Below, one piece after another: positions 63,601-64,000 of a stretch of 64,000 bases of DNA. A model generated the notes under the pieces. It saw only the letters and a program-made list of their open reading frames with translations, ran no database searches and had not been told where the DNA came from. The stretch is from Anthoceros angustus. Taxonomy: Eukaryota; Plantae; Anthocerotophyta. The position numbers and the translations under genes are program-made. Position 1 is the stretch's first letter. Each line of letters starts with the position of its first letter. The DNA lies in the NCBI GenBank assembly GCA_010909165.1, contig VJWM01000284.1, forward strand, positions 66,488-130,487, in the 5' to 3' direction.

Positions 63601-64000
63601 ACCTCGACTCTGGGCATGCCTCCTCCGGTTCCTCCCTTCTATTCTTTCCGGAGGTCCTCCACTTCCTTCTCCAGGCGGGCGGACTCCCTTGAGTCCACCC
63701 TCCTGCCTGGGGTGGCGCGGGACCTCGGGACCTGTCTCGACTCGGTCCGGTCTTCTTGTGACGAGAAGGCGGTCGCGCCCGTTTGATCTTGCGACGGGCG
63801 TCTCCAATCAACCCCACGAGGATTCGATACACGGAAGTTCACACACGAAATCGTCATCTTTGAGAGACACCCAAAGGGTCTCTTATACATCTGGGCGTGG
63901 TCCAACACTCACTTCTCTTTAGGGTCTAAAATTGTAGCTCCTACCACGGCCCTTACCAATCTAAGCAACATGACTCTGGTGATGGCTCTCCCCACTCCCG
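60700..64000. mobile_element. Probable decayed retroelement fragments with internal duplications
   Basis: Block shared with 23200-23350; GC-rich repeated blocks (62960-62990 vs 63594-63625; 63224-63260 vs 63686-63725). No catalytic motif seen. Confidence 0.4.
63321..63534. repeat. Perfect 30-bp minisatellite x7 (CCTCCACATGAGCCGGGCACGGTACTCCCT)
   Basis: Seven identical units read directly from the sequence. Confidence 0.97.

Noticed and set aside
63097-63786. Repetitive proteins (EEGVPCPAHV, REYRARLMWR, etc.)
   Set aside because: By-products of the stop-free 30-bp minisatellite; no evidence for which frame, if any, is used.

Overview
Plant nuclear DNA from a non-seed land plant, most likely a hornwort (inferred from PLS-PPR genes with the KPAxA/HAExLA/GRP variant of the DYW domain). 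Apparently intact genes: a 7-exon neprosin-family gene, a PPR-DYW:KP(GRP) putative U-to-C RNA-editing factor with an N-terminal OSB-type PDF motif, a hexameric polyubiquitin, a GPI-anchored GH17/X8 beta-1,3-glucanase, and a probable small two-exon GPI-anchored peptide. The rest is nested and decayed transposons (Copia, Gypsy/chromovirus, CACTA, a LINE) and pseudogenes (a second neprosin, two PPRs, an F-box, a trihelix). Three observations stand out. (1) A decayed ~4 kb minus-strand gene (18.3-22.3 kb) joins a ParB-like domain to a bacterial-type beta-class N4C/N6A DNA methyltransferase domain. (2) An 11.7 kb three-LTR chromovirus structure has one CATAG target-site duplication and non-canonical AG..CT termini, and carries a PPR-DYW:KP paralog in place of one integrase. 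(3) The intact editing factor is a PDF-PPR-DYW:KP fusion. Repeated regions are rich in indels while unique genes are clean, so some frameshifts and junctions may be assembly errors. All domain assignments are by visual motif recognition; no searches were run.
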